NCBI GenBank assembly: GCA_963764715.1
Contig: CAVXTP010000009.1
Span: forward strand, 1-64,000
Direction of reading: 5' to 3'
DNA: 64,000 bases
Origin: an uncultured Acidobacteriota bacterium
GTDB lineage: Bacteria > Acidobacteriota > Thermoanaerobaculia > UBA5066 > Gp7-AA6
Position 1 is the stretch's first letter; each line of letters opens with the position of its first letter. A program made the position numbers and the translations under genes. This document shows, piece by piece, positions 18,014 through 26,421 of the stretch. The notes under the pieces were generated by a model. That model saw nothing but the letters and a program-made list of their open reading frames with translations. It did not search any database and had not been told where the DNA came from.

Positions 18014-19233
18014 AAGTCCTCATCGTCGAAGACGACGTCTCGACCCGGAAGGGCCTCGAGAGCGCGGTGCGTGACATGGGTCACGAGCCCCGGGCCGTCG
18101 GGACGGCCGGCGAGGCCGCGCGCGCCATCGAGGAGTTCTCGCCCGACGTGCTGATGGTCGACGTGCACCTTCCCGACGGCGACGGAATCGAGGTCTTCCG
18201 CGCGGCCCGCGAATCCGCCCCGGAGCGGGACGGCATCGTGATCACCGGTCAGGCCTCCCTCGACAGCGCGGTCGAGGCGCTGCGCGCGGGCGTCTCCGAC
18301 TATCTACTCAAGCCGATCCGTCCAGCGCAGCTCGAGGTCGTGTTCCAGCGCCTCGCCGCGCGGCGCACGCTCGAAAGCGAAGTCGACACCCTCCGCGCCG
18401 AGCTCCAGGAGACGGGCAAGCTCGGAGAGATGATCGGCAAGTCCGCCGCGATGGCCCGCGTGTTCGAAGCCGTCCGGCGCGTGGCGCGCTCCTCGGCGCC
18501 CGTCCTGATCACCGGCCAGAGCGGGAGCGGCAAGGAGGTCGTGGCCCGGACGATCCATCGCCTCTCCCGTCGCGCGTCGGCGCCGTTCGTGGCCTTCAAC
18601 TGCGGGGCGATCTCGCCGACGCTCATCGAGAGCGAGCTCTTCGGGCACGAGCGCGGGTCCTTCACCGGCGCGGACAAGCGCCGGGTGGGTTACTTCGAGG
18701 AGTCCAACGGCGGCACGCTGCTGCTGGACGAAATCACGGAGATGGGCGCGGACCTGCAGGTCAAGCTCCTGCGAGTTCTCGAGGCGAAGACCTTTCGGCG
18801 CGTCGGAGGCGCCCAGGACATCCGCGTCGACCTGCGGATCGTGTCGGCGACCAACCGGGATCCGCTGGAGGCGATCAAGGAGGGCAAGCTCCGCGAGGAC
18901 CTCTACTACCGGTTGAACGTCTTTCCGATCTCGCTTCCGCCCCTGACCGATCGCCGCGAGGACATCGCCCTGCTCGCCGAGCATTTCCGGCGGCACATCG
19001 AGGAGCAGGAGAAGGCGGGCGTGAAGGCCTGGGCGCCGGCGGCGCTGAAGCTGCTCGACGCGTATCCGTGGCCGGGCAACGTGCGCGAGCTCCGCAACGT
19101 GGTGCACCGCGCGTACCTGATGACCGAAGGCGACACGATTCGGCCGGAGACCGTCCAGGAGCTCCTCCCCGCCTCGCCCGCCCGCGCGGAGTCGCCCGAG
19201 CGCCCCGCGCGCCGCGCCGCCCGCCGCCGCTGA
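18010..19233 (+). CDS. Sigma54-dependent response regulator (REC-AAA+) lacking the C-terminal HTH
   Basis: Receiver, [46 protein letters not shown], then a short tail and stop. Confidence 0.93.
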   Translation: MKVLIVEDDVSTRKGLESAVRDMGHEPRAVGTAGEAARAIEEFSPDVLMVDVHLPDGDGIEVFRAARESAPERDGIVITGQASLDSAVEALRAGVSDYLLKPIRPAQLEVVFQRLAARRTLESEVDTLRAELQETGKLGEMIGKSAAMARVFEAVRRVARSSAPVLITGQSGSGKEVVARTIHRLSRRASAPFVAFNCGAISPTLIESELFGHERGSFTGADKRRVGYFEESNGGTLLLDEITEMGADLQVKLLRVLEAKTFRRVGGAQDIRVDLRIVSATNRDPLEAIKEGKLREDLYYRLNVFPISLPPLTDRREDIALLAEHFRRHIEEQEKAGVKAWAPAALKLLDAYPWPGNVRELRNVVHRAYLMTEGDTIRPETVQELLPASPARAESPERPARRAARRR

Positions 19234-19237
19234 CGGC

Positions 19238-19253
19238 TGGCACGGGATTCGCT
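19238..19253 (+). promoter_or_regulatory. Sigma54 -24/-12 promoter
   Basis: TGGCACGGGATTCGCT. Confidence 0.75.
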
Positions 19254-19301
19254 TTGAAGGAGCGCGGGGCCGCGCATGCCCCGGAAAGGAAGTCAAACAC
19301 C

Positions 19302-19451
19302 ATGCTCTGGACCATCTTCGTCATCCTTCTCGTGCTGTGGCTGCTCGGCCTGGTTTCCGGCTACACCCTCGGGGGCTTCGTTCACATCCTGCTCGTCATC
19401 GCGGTTATCGTTCTGATCATCAACCTCATCCAGGGTCGTAAGGTCGTTTGA
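19302..19451 (+). CDS. lmo0937/DUF5670 family small membrane protein
   Basis: MLWTIFVILLVLWLLGLVSGYTLGGFVHILLVIAVIVLIINLIQGRKVV. Confidence 0.92.
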   Translation: MLWTIFVILLVLWLLGLVSGYTLGGFVHILLVIAVIVLIINLIQGRKVV

Positions 19452-19495
19452 ACCGGTCACCGGGGGCGAGGGCGCCGCACGGACCGCCGTCCGGC

Positions 19496-19621
19496 GCCCT
19501 CCTCCTGGATCTCCACGGTTGCCTGATCGACTCCAACGGCGCGCACGCCCGCGCCTGGAGCCGCGCGCTCGCGCGGTTCGGATTCCCGGTCTCGTCCCGG
19601 AGGGTCCGCCCGCACATCGGA
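19496..19621 (+). pseudogene. N-terminal remnant of a HAD-family hydrolase
   Basis: ALLLDLHGCLIDSNGAHARAWSRALARFGF..VRPHIG; DxD motif broken and truncated against the convergent ku gene. Confidence 0.6.
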
Positions 19622-19639
19622 AACGCTGAGGCGGAGGCG

Positions 19640-20464
19640 TCAGGCGGCGCCGGCGCGGCGCCGTCCGCCGCGTGCGTTCCGGACGCGGGGCTGCTCGAGG
19701 CTGCGCTTCAGGGCGTCCATCAGGTCGACGACGTTGCCACCCGCGGCCTTCTTCTTCTCCTCCGCAGGCGCGGCGAGCGTGAAGCGTTTCCGTGAGGCGA
19801 GGAGCTTCTTGAGCGACCGCCGGTACTCGTTGGGGTGCTCGGCCGGGTCCCATCCCTCGCCGCTCATCTGGTCGATCAGCAGGCGGGCCATCCTGACCTC
19901 GCCCGACTTCTTCGGGTTCGTCGGGACGGCGACCTTCTGGGGGTCCCGGATCTCCTCGTACGGGCGAAGGGTCTCGAGGCCGATCACGCGGGGCCCCGGG
20001 AGAAGCGCGGCGAGCGTGGCCTTCCTGCGGAGGCCGAGGCGCACGACCCCGATGCGCCGGGCGTCGAGGAGCGCGTCGCGGAGAACCCCGTAGGCCTTCT
20101 CGCCGCCCTTGCGCGGCGCGAGGTAGTAGGGATGGTCGAAGCTCAGCGGATTCAGGGCGCCGAGCTCGACGAACTGGAGGACCTCGATCTCGTCGGTCGC
20201 TCCGGACTCGCGGCCCGCCTTCTCGATGTCTTCCTTCTCGACGACGGAGTACTCGTCGTCATCCACCTCGAACCCCCGCACGACGTCGTCGCCCGAGACC
20301 TCGACGTCCTCCTTGCTGCAGAACTTCTTGTAGACGATCGGCGCGTGGTCCTTCCGGTGGAGGAGCCGGAACGAGACGCGCTCGGAGGACTCGACCGCCG
20401 AGTGGAGCGAGACGGGAATCGAGATCAGGCCGAACGTGACGTGGCCGTTCCAGATCGGTCGCAT
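19640..20464 (-). CDS. ku: Non-homologous end joining protein Ku
   Basis: MRPIWNGHVTFGLISIPV..FDHPYYLAP..NVVDLMDALKRSL. Confidence 0.95.
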   Translation of the reverse strand: MRPIWNGHVTFGLISIPVSLHSAVESSERVSFRLLHRKDHAPIVYKKFCSKEDVEVSGDDVVRGFEVDDDEYSVVEKEDIEKAGRESGATDEIEVLQFVELGALNPLSFDHPYYLAPRKGGEKAYGVLRDALLDARRIGVVRLGLRRKATLAALLPGPRVIGLETLRPYEEIRDPQKVAVPTNPKKSGEVRMARLLIDQMSGEGWDPAEHPNEYRRSLKKLLASRKRFTLAAPAEEKKKAAGGNVVDLMDALKRSLEQPRVRNARGGRRRAGAA

Positions 20465-20477
20465 GGCGGGGCCGGGC

Positions 20478-20636
20478 TCAGACCGCGGCGCAATCGGGGT
20501 GGCCGCAGGGGCACTTGCGCTGCGAGGAGCCCGCGTTGGGCAGCGCCGCCTCGGCGCAGCGCTCGCTGCAGTAGTTCTTGCCCTGGCGCTCGACCGGGGC
20601 GTCGCCGCAGCGGCACGAGGAATGGGAACAGCTCAT
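20478..20636 (-). CDS. Bacterial metallothionein
   Basis: CSHSSCRC..YCSERC..CPCGHPDC, 52 aa, GGAGG RBS. Confidence 0.85.
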   Translation of the reverse strand: MSCSHSSCRCGDAPVERQGKNYCSERCAEAALPNAGSSQRKCPCGHPDCAAV

Positions 20637-20662
20637 CGAAGCACCTCCACTTCCCGATTCGG

Positions 20663-20678
20663 AGCAAATCCGCTGCCA
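20663..20678 (-). promoter_or_regulatory. Sigma54 -24/-12 promoter of the metallothionein-ku unit
   Basis: TGGCAGCGGATTTGCT. Confidence 0.8.
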
Positions 20679-20760
20679 GCGCGACGGCCGGTACGCCACC
20701 TGCCGCGTCGGGGGCGGGGACGATTGTGCCCCGCATCCACGAACGATCGCATCCGCGAAC

Positions 20761-20850
20761 GAAGGAGATGCGGCCCTCGGAAATCTTCCGCAATCTTTCA
20801 CGCACCTGGGCCTGATTTCGGCCGCGGTCCACCTCAACCGCGCGCTCGAG
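20761..20850 (+). pseudogene. C-terminal remnant of a GH15 glycoside hydrolase (trehalase/glucoamylase-like)
   Basis: ALGNLPQSFTHLGLISAAVHLNRALE resembles the GH15 GNFPQAFTH motif. Confidence 0.65.
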
Positions 20851-20904
20851 GCCCATCCGACCGGACGGTCCATCGGAGCTTCGGGTGGCCGTTGGGGGCG
20901 TTGC

Positions 20905-20920
20905 GGGCACGGGGGTTGCA
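20905..20920 (+). promoter_or_regulatory. Sigma54 -24/-12 promoter
   Basis: GGGCACGGGGGTTGCA. Confidence 0.75.
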
Positions 20921-20966
20921 CAAGCAAGCGCGGGCCCGGCGACGGGCACCATAGGAGGAGAAACCG

Positions 20967-21173
20967 ATGAAGAGAACGATCACCCTGGGCAGCTTCCTGG
21001 TCGCGGCCGTCGCCTCGCTGGCGATGGGGTGCCAGCGCAAGGAAACGACCACCACGACCACCGAGACGTCGAAGACGAGCGAGGTGCCGTCGGCGTCCGG
21101 AACTCCCGAACCCTCGACGTCGACCACGACGACCACCTCGACGGTGGACGTCACGCCGGCCGTCACTCCGTAG
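20967..21173 (+). CDS. Small Thr/Ser-rich lipoprotein
   Basis: AGGAGG RBS; lipobox-like LAMGC. Confidence 0.85.
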   Translation: MKRTITLGSFLVAAVASLAMGCQRKETTTTTTETSKTSEVPSASGTPEPSTSTTTTTSTVDVTPAVTP

Positions 21174-21187
21174 TCTTCGGCCCCAAA

Positions 21188-21256
21188 CGTCCTCCGAGAG
21201 GAGGACGGTCTCTTTCTCCGGGCGGTCCCCCGCGCCAGGGCGGACCGCCCCTTTTT
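21188..21256 (+). terminator. Tandem hairpins / intrinsic terminator
   Basis: CGTCCTCC-GAGA-GGAGGACG, then GGGCGGTCC..GGACCGCCC-CTTTTT. Confidence 0.75.
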
Positions 21257-21311
21257 CTCGCGCGGGCGCGCCGGTCAGATCGGGCGGCGGCGTCGCCGCT
21301 CGAGCGGACGG

Positions 21312-21327
21312 CGGAACGGGATTTGCA
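21312..21327 (+). promoter_or_regulatory. Sigma54 -24/-12 promoter
   Basis: CGGAACGGGATTTGCA. Confidence 0.7.
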
Positions 21328-21364
21328 CGGCCTGCAGCCGTCGAAGCATCGAGGCCTTCGACGA

Positions 21365-21380
21365 CGGCACGGTTTGTGAA
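21365..21380 (+). promoter_or_regulatory. Sigma54-like promoter, -12 variant
   Basis: CGGCACGGTTTGTGAA (GG-N10-GA). Confidence 0.5.
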
Positions 21381-21425
21381 TCAACGCGAGGTCGAGTCGC
21401 AGTTTTCCTACCAAGGAGGTTTCTC

Positions 21426-21677
21426 ATGGCGGATCGCGATCGAGAGAACAAGCCCGAGCAGGGGCCGGCCGGTCAGGGCCGGAGCTCGCAGCATGGACAG
21501 CCGCAGGGACAGCAGGGCGGCCAGAGTGGCCAGGGCGGCCGTTCCGGCAACCCGGGCGGTCAGACCACGCAGGGCCAGCGTGACGAGAAGGGCCAGATGA
21601 CCGAGGGCGGGAACGCCGGAACCGGCAAGTCCCCCCGCGGCGGCTCGAGCTCGGGATCGGACCAGGAAGAGGAGTAA
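21426..21677 (+). CDS. Gly/Gln-rich hydrophilin-like disordered protein
   Basis: AAGGAGGT RBS; almost no hydrophobic residues. Confidence 0.85.
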   Translation: MADRDRENKPEQGPAGQGRSSQHGQPQGQQGGQSGQGGRSGNPGGQTTQGQRDEKGQMTEGGNAGTGKSPRGGSSSGSDQEEE

Positions 21678-21724
21678 GACTCTTCGATCGGTACCGGCGG
21701 GGCTGATCGCTCGACCCGGAGCGG

Positions 21725-24340
21725 TCAGCCCCGTTTTTCGTTTTGTTCCACGGTGGCCGCGGTCGAGCCCAGCCGGTCGAGAACCGAGACGAGCCGGTCG
21801 AGGTTGAGGGGCTTGACCAGGTGCTCGGCGAATCCGAGCTTTCGGCTGCGCTCGAGATCGGACTCCATTCCGTAGCCGCTGAGGACGACGCCGCGAAGGT
21901 TCGGGTGCGCGGCCTTGAGCCCGGCGAAGAGCTCGAGCCCGCTGCCATCCGGCAGCCCGACGTCCGTGACCAGGATCTCCGCCGGCTGCTCCCGGAAGGC
22001 GCGGCGGGCGGCCTCGACGCCGTCGGCGAGCCTCACGTCGAACCCGGCCTCTTCGAGCAGCTCGCGGACGGCGAGACCCGAGTCGACGTCGTCTTCGACC
22101 AGCAGGACCGGGAGGCGCCCCCGCGTCTCGAGCCGGTGCCGGCCTGGTCCCTCGGGCGCCACGCCCGCCGGGCGCTCGACGGTCGTTGCGAGCTCGATCG
22201 AGAACGTTGCCCCGCGGCTCTCGCCCTCGCTTTCGGCGGAAATCGATCCGCCGTGCAGCTCGACCAGATTGCGGGCGATCGCGAGGCCGAGGCCGAGGCC
22301 GCCGGCGCGGCGCCTGGCCGTGGCGTCTCCCTGCTCGAAGGCGTCGAAGATCCGGGCCAGCAGGTCCTTCCGGATTCCCTGGCCCGTGTCGCGGACGAGG
22401 ACGCGGATGCGACCGGGGGACGCATTCTCGGAGCGGAGCGTGACGCGTCCGCCCGGCGGCGTGAACTTCGCAGAGTTCTGCAGGAGGTTCCAGAACACCT
22501 GCTGGAGCCGGGCCCCGTCACACATGCAGAAGTGATCGGACGCCTCGAGCTCGGACACGAGGTCGACCCCGCGGCGGAAGAACTCGCTCCGCGCGCTCTG
22601 GACGACGCTTCGGAGGACGTCGTGGAGGTCGAGCGGCTCGCGGTCGAGCTCGATCTTGCCGGCCGAGATGCGGGTCAGGTCGAGCAGGTCGTCGATCAGC
22701 CGGGCCTCGAGCTCCACGTTGCGCCGGATCATCGCGAGCGACTCGGCCATGCCGGGGCCGAGGTCGGGCCGCCGCTCGAGGCGATGGACCGAGGCCATGA
22801 CCGGCGTCAGGGGAGTCCGGAGCTCGTGGGACAGGGTCGCGAGGAAGCGGTCCTTCGCGGCGCTCGCCTCCTCGGCGCGGTGGCGGGCTTCCTCGAGCTC
22901 CCGGCTCTGGCGGCGTCGCTCGGTGACGTCGCGGATCAGGCGCGAGAGACCGATGATCCGTCCCGCCGAGTCCCGGATCGCCGAGAGGTTGACGACGACG
23001 TCGATCCAGCGTCCGTCCCGGGTGCGGCGGCGCGCGTCGAACTCGTCGATCCGCCGGCCGGCCAGGAGCTCCGCGGTGAGGCGGGGAGTCGGGTCCGGCG
23101 TGTCGGGCGGCGCGAGCTCGACCATCTTGCGGCCGATCATCTCGGCGGCCGTGAATCCGAAGAGCGCCTCCGCGCCCGGGTTCCAGTCGGTGATGACGTT
23201 GTCGACCGTCTCGGCCACGATGGCGTATTCGACCGACGCCGCGATCGCGGCGAGCCGCTGCGCCTCCCGTTCCGCCCTGCGCTGGGCCGCTATGTCGCGG
23301 AACACCAGGACCACGCCGTCGAGCCGGCCGCGCGCGTCCCGGATCGGCGCCGCGCTGTCGGCGACGGGCGTCTCGGTCCCGTCGCGCGCGAGCAGGAGAG
23401 TGTGGCTGGCGAGGCCCACGATCTCGCCCTGTCCGATGACCCGCCGCACGGGGCTCTCCATCGGCGAACGGCTCGTCTCCTCGACGATGCGGAAGATCTC
23501 TTCCACCGGGCGGCCCGAGGCCTCGGCGAGGCTCCAGCCGGTCAGCCGCTCCGCGACCGCGTTGAGGAAGGTGACCCGGCCGTCGGCGTCGGTCGCGAGG
23601 ACCGCGTCCCCGATGCTCCTCAGCGTCGTTCGCAGCCGCTGCTCGCTCTGCCGAAGCGCGGCCTGCGCCCGGGCCCGGGCGAGTTGGTCTTTCCGTACCA
23701 CGAAGACGAACGCGGCGAAGAGCGCGAGCGACGCGAGGCTCCCGGCGACCGCGGCGGCGAGGACGCGACGGGAGGCGGCGACGGCCTGCCGGGAGCGCTC
23801 CTCCAGAAGCGCCGTCTCCTCGCTCCGCATCGCCGCGAGCGACACCCGGATCCGGTCCATCGTGTTCCGGCCGAGCCCGGTCTGGACTCTCTGGAGGGCC
23901 GCGGCCCGGTCGCCGGAGGAGAAGAGCCGGATCGTCTCGGCGAGCTCCGCGAGCTTGGCCTCGACGAGGACCTCGACGTCGCCGAGGCGCTTTTGCCACG
24001 CGGGACGGCCCGCCGACAGCGCGTGAAGCCGGGGAAGGTGGGTGCGGACGGCTGCGACTCCCTGTTCGTAGGTCCCCAGATAGCCCGCATCCCCGGTCAG
24101 CAGGTAACCGCGCTGGCCGGTCTCGGCGTCCTTCAACGCGGAAAGGGCCTCCTCGAGCTCTCCGAGGCCGCTCCACGCCGACTCCACCCGGTTCGTCTGC
24201 TCCGCGAGATTCCGGGTGTTGAGGATCACGACCCAGCCGAAAGCGCTGACGGCCGCGACGACCAGGGTCGCGCCGACCGCGATCCGGCGGGATCCCGGGG
24301 GAATCGAGCCGACAGCCAAGGTCCCTCGATTCTGCATCAA
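21725..24340 (-). CDS. CHASE3-PAS-PAS hybrid histidine kinase
   Basis: DAETGQRGYLLTG CHASE3 motif, two PAS domains, SHELRTPL, C-terminal receiver. Confidence 0.95.
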   Translation of the reverse strand: MMQNRGTLAVGSIPPGSRRIAVGATLVVAAVSAFGWVVILNTRNLAEQTNRVESAWSGLGELEEALSALKDAETGQRGYLLTGDAGYLGTYEQGVAAVRTHLPRLHALSAGRPAWQKRLGDVEVLVEAKLAELAETIRLFSSGDRAAALQRVQTGLGRNTMDRIRVSLAAMRSEETALLEERSRQAVAASRRVLAAAVAGSLASLALFAAFVFVVRKDQLARARAQAALRQSEQRLRTTLRSIGDAVLATDADGRVTFLNAVAERLTGWSLAEASGRPVEEIFRIVEETSRSPMESPVRRVIGQGEIVGLASHTLLLARDGTETPVADSAAPIRDARGRLDGVVLVFRDIAAQRRAEREAQRLAAIAASVEYAIVAETVDNVITDWNPGAEALFGFTAAEMIGRKMVELAPPDTPDPTPRLTAELLAGRRIDEFDARRRTRDGRWIDVVVNLSAIRDSAGRIIGLSRLIRDVTERRRQSRELEEARHRAEEASAAKDRFLATLSHELRTPLTPVMASVHRLERRPDLGPGMAESLAMIRRNVELEARLIDDLLDLTRISAGKIELDREPLDLHDVLRSVVQSARSEFFRRGVDLVSELEASDHFCMCDGARLQQVFWNLLQNSAKFTPPGGRVTLRSENASPGRIRVLVRDTGQGIRKDLLARIFDAFEQGDATARRRAGGLGLGLAIARNLVELHGGSISAESEGESRGATFSIELATTVERPAGVAPEGPGRHRLETRGRLPVLLVEDDVDSGLAVRELLEEAGFDVRLADGVEAARRAFREQPAEILVTDVGLPDGSGLELFAGLKAAHPNLRGVVLSGYGMESDLERSRKLGFAEHLVKPLNLDRLVSVLDRLGSTAATVEQNEKRG

Positions 24341-24400
24341 GGCGGCGGGACCGGCAAACCCCGCCGGAGGGAGCGCCGCCGCGCCGTTCGCGGCGCGGGC

Positions 24401-25036
24401 TCAGGCGACCGTGGCGGCGTCGCGGATCGCCACGTCGAGCGAGCGGACCGCGGCGAATCGCGCGGCCACGTCTTCCCAGTTCCAGACGTTCCAGATCGCG
24501 GCGAAGTAGTCCGCCTTCTGGTTCTTGTACTGGAGGTAGTAGGCGTGCTCCCACGCGTCGAGGACGAGGATGGGAACGCCGCCCTGGCTCAGGTTCGACT
24601 GGTGGTCGTAGATCTGGGTCGTCAGGAGCTTGCCGGCGAGCGGCTCCCAGATCAGGGCGGCCCAGCCGGAGCCCATGATCGTCGACGCGACCTCGTTCAT
24701 CTGCCGCTTGAACTTTTCGAAGCTTCCGAAGTGCTCGTCGAGGGCGGCGCGCAGCTCGCCGTCCGGCTGGCCTCCGCCGCGCGGCGTGAGGTTCTGCCAG
24801 AAGAGCGAGTGCAGGACGTGGCCGGACAGGTTGAACGCCAGGGCTTTCTCGAGCGCTCCGACGCGCGTGAAGTCCTCCTTGTCGCGCGCCTCGCCGAGCC
24901 TTTCGAGGGCCTGGTTGGCGCCCTTGACGTACGCCGCGTGGTGCTTGTCGTGGTGGAGCTCCATGATGTTTCCGGAGATGTGCGGCTCGAGCGCGCCGAA
25001 GTCGTACTGAAGATCGGGAAGGGAGTAAGTTGGCAT
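24401..25036 (-). CDS. sod: Fe/Mn superoxide dismutase
   Basis: [29 protein letters not shown]. Confidence 0.97.
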   Translation of the reverse strand: MPTYSLPDLQYDFGALEPHISGNIMELHHDKHHAAYVKGANQALERLGEARDKEDFTRVGALEKALAFNLSGHVLHSLFWQNLTPRGGGQPDGELRAALDEHFGSFEKFKRQMNEVASTIMGSGWAALIWEPLAGKLLTTQIYDHQSNLSQGGVPILVLDAWEHAYYLQYKNQKADYFAAIWNVWNWEDVAARFAAVRSLDVAIRDAATVA

Positions 25037-25059
25037 ACGGGCCTCCATCCGTCGATCCT

Positions 25060-25075
25060 AGCGAAAATCGTGCCG
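25060..25075 (-). promoter_or_regulatory. Sigma54 -24/-12 promoter of sod
   Basis: CGGCACGATTTTCGCT. Confidence 0.75.
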
Positions 25076-25086
25076 TGCGCGCTCCG

Positions 25087-25102
25087 CGGCACCCGTCTTG
25101 CA
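25087..25102 (+). promoter_or_regulatory. Sigma54 -24/-12 promoter
   Basis: CGGCACCCGTCTTGCA. Confidence 0.8.
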
Positions 25103-25128
25103 GTCGGCGGACGGCGGAGGTGATTCGC

Positions 25129-25314
25129 ATGCTCAAGATGGCCTTGATCTTCTTCCTGGTCGGTCTCGCCGCGGCGCTCCTCGGATTCACGGGGATCGCG
25201 GGCGCCTCGTTCGCGGTGGCCAAGGTCCTGGCGGCCGTGTTCGCGGTGCTCTTCCTCGTGTTCCTGGTCCTGGGGCTCGCGGGCGTCCGCAAGCTGACGA
25301 GTCCGGCGCGCTGA
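25129..25314 (+). CDS. DUF1328 (YtjA-like) small membrane protein
   Basis: MLKMALIFFLVGLAAALLGFTGIAGASFAVAKVL. Confidence 0.92.
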   Translation: MLKMALIFFLVGLAAALLGFTGIAGASFAVAKVLAAVFAVLFLVFLVLGLAGVRKLTSPAR

Positions 25315-25334
25315 CGCGGGGCCGGCGCAAAAGG

Positions 25335-25360
25335 AAAGGGGGCCGCGAGGCCCCCTTTTT
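25335..25360. terminator. Bidirectional intrinsic terminator
   Basis: AAAGGGGGCC-GCGA-GGCCCCCTTTTT between convergent genes. Confidence 0.85.
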
Positions 25361-25382
25361 CTTGCCGCCATGGACCGCGGAC

Positions 25383-25706
25383 CTACGCCGTCGGCGGCGT
25401 CTTGATCTGCAGGTTGTTGATCACCTTGACGACCCCCTGGACCGAGCGGGCCTCGGCCTCCGCCTCGGCCTTGACCTTGGCGTTCGGGACCTCGCCGGCG
25501 AGGGTCACGACGCCGTTGGTCACGTTGATGTCGACGTTGACGATGTTGGAGAAGCGGTCGGCCGTGAGCTTGGCCTTCACCGAGGTATGGATCGCGCTGT
25601 CGTCGACCTGCTGACCCGGGCTCTGGGTGGTGCTGCAGGCGGCGATGCTCAGGGCGAGCACGGACGCAAGACCGGCGGCGAGAACTCCCGAAAGGCGTTT
25701 CATCAT
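25383..25706 (-). CDS. BON domain lipoprotein (OsmY-like)
   Basis: IAAC lipobox; DDSAIHTSVKAKL..GVVTLAG..GVVKVINNL. Confidence 0.93.
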   Translation of the reverse strand: MMKRLSGVLAAGLASVLALSIAACSTTQSPGQQVDDSAIHTSVKAKLTADRFSNIVNVDINVTNGVVTLAGEVPNAKVKAEAEAEARSVQGVVKVINNLQIKTPPTA

Positions 25707-25780
25707 TCCTCCTCGAAATCTTTTTGTTCGGACGGCGGCGACGGGGGAATCCGCGACGCGCGCGCCCGCGTATCCGAGAG

Positions 25781-25796
25781 AGCACGGGTCGTGCCA
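25781..25796 (-). promoter_or_regulatory. Sigma54 -24/-12 promoter of the BON gene
   Basis: TGGCACGACCCGTGCT. Confidence 0.78.
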
Positions 25797-25811
25797 ACGC
25801 GCGTCGACCGG

Positions 25812-25892
25812 AAAAGAAAAAGGCCGCTAACGCCTCCGATCGGATCGGAAACTCGCGGCCGCAGCGAAGGGGATGGGACTCTCGAGACCCGC
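25812..25892 (-). ncRNA. Candidate ~80-nt sigma54-dependent sRNA
   Basis: Lies between its own promoter (25903-25918) and a GGCCGC..GCGGCC-TTTTTCTTTT terminator; no ORF. Confidence 0.55.
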
Positions 25893-25902
25893 CGACGGGA
25901 GA

Positions 25903-25918
25903 AGCAACCCTCCTGCCA
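25903..25918 (-). promoter_or_regulatory. Sigma54 -24/-12 promoter
   Basis: TGGCAGGAGGGTTGCT. Confidence 0.72.
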
Positions 25919-25920
25919 GC

Positions 25921-26421
25921 TCAGGCGCGCGAGGACTTCTTCGGCGCGGGGGCCTTCGCCTTGCTCCGCTCACGCGCTTCCTCGATCGAGTGGGACTCGA
26001 GCACGTCGCCCTGCTTCGACGCGATCCGGGCGAGCTTGGAGAAGTGCCGGTGCAGCACCTCGATCTCCTGCTCGTTGAGGTTCTCGACGTCGATCAGGTG
26101 ATTGCTCGCGCCCTGCATCGCGGCGACGATTTCGTTCAGCTTGAGGTGGATGGCCTTGGACTCCTTGTTCTGCGCCCTCTGGATCAGGAAGACCATCAGG
26201 AAGGTCACGATCGTCGTGCCGGTGTTGATGACGAGCTGCCAGGTGTCCGAGTAGCCGAAGATCGGGCCCGTGAGGGCCCAGGCGAGGATGATCGCCGCGG
26301 CCACTCCGAACGCCGAGGAGCTCCCGGCCCACTGGGTCGCCGCGAGGGACAGCGTCTCGAGCATCTCCCCGGTGCGCGACCGGCGCTCCCCGCCGCCCGT
26401 GGCGGAACGGCGGCCGCTCAT
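25921..26421 (-). CDS. Low-affinity iron permease (Fet4-like) family protein
   Basis: GPIFGYSDTWQLVINTGTTIVTFLMVFLIQ..AIHLKLNE. Confidence 0.93.
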   Translation of the reverse strand: MSGRRSATGGGERRSRTGEMLETLSLAATQWAGSSSAFGVAAAIILAWALTGPIFGYSDTWQLVINTGTTIVTFLMVFLIQRAQNKESKAIHLKLNEIVAAMQGASNHLIDVENLNEQEIEVLHRHFSKLARIASKQGDVLESHSIEEARERSKAKAPAPKKSSRA

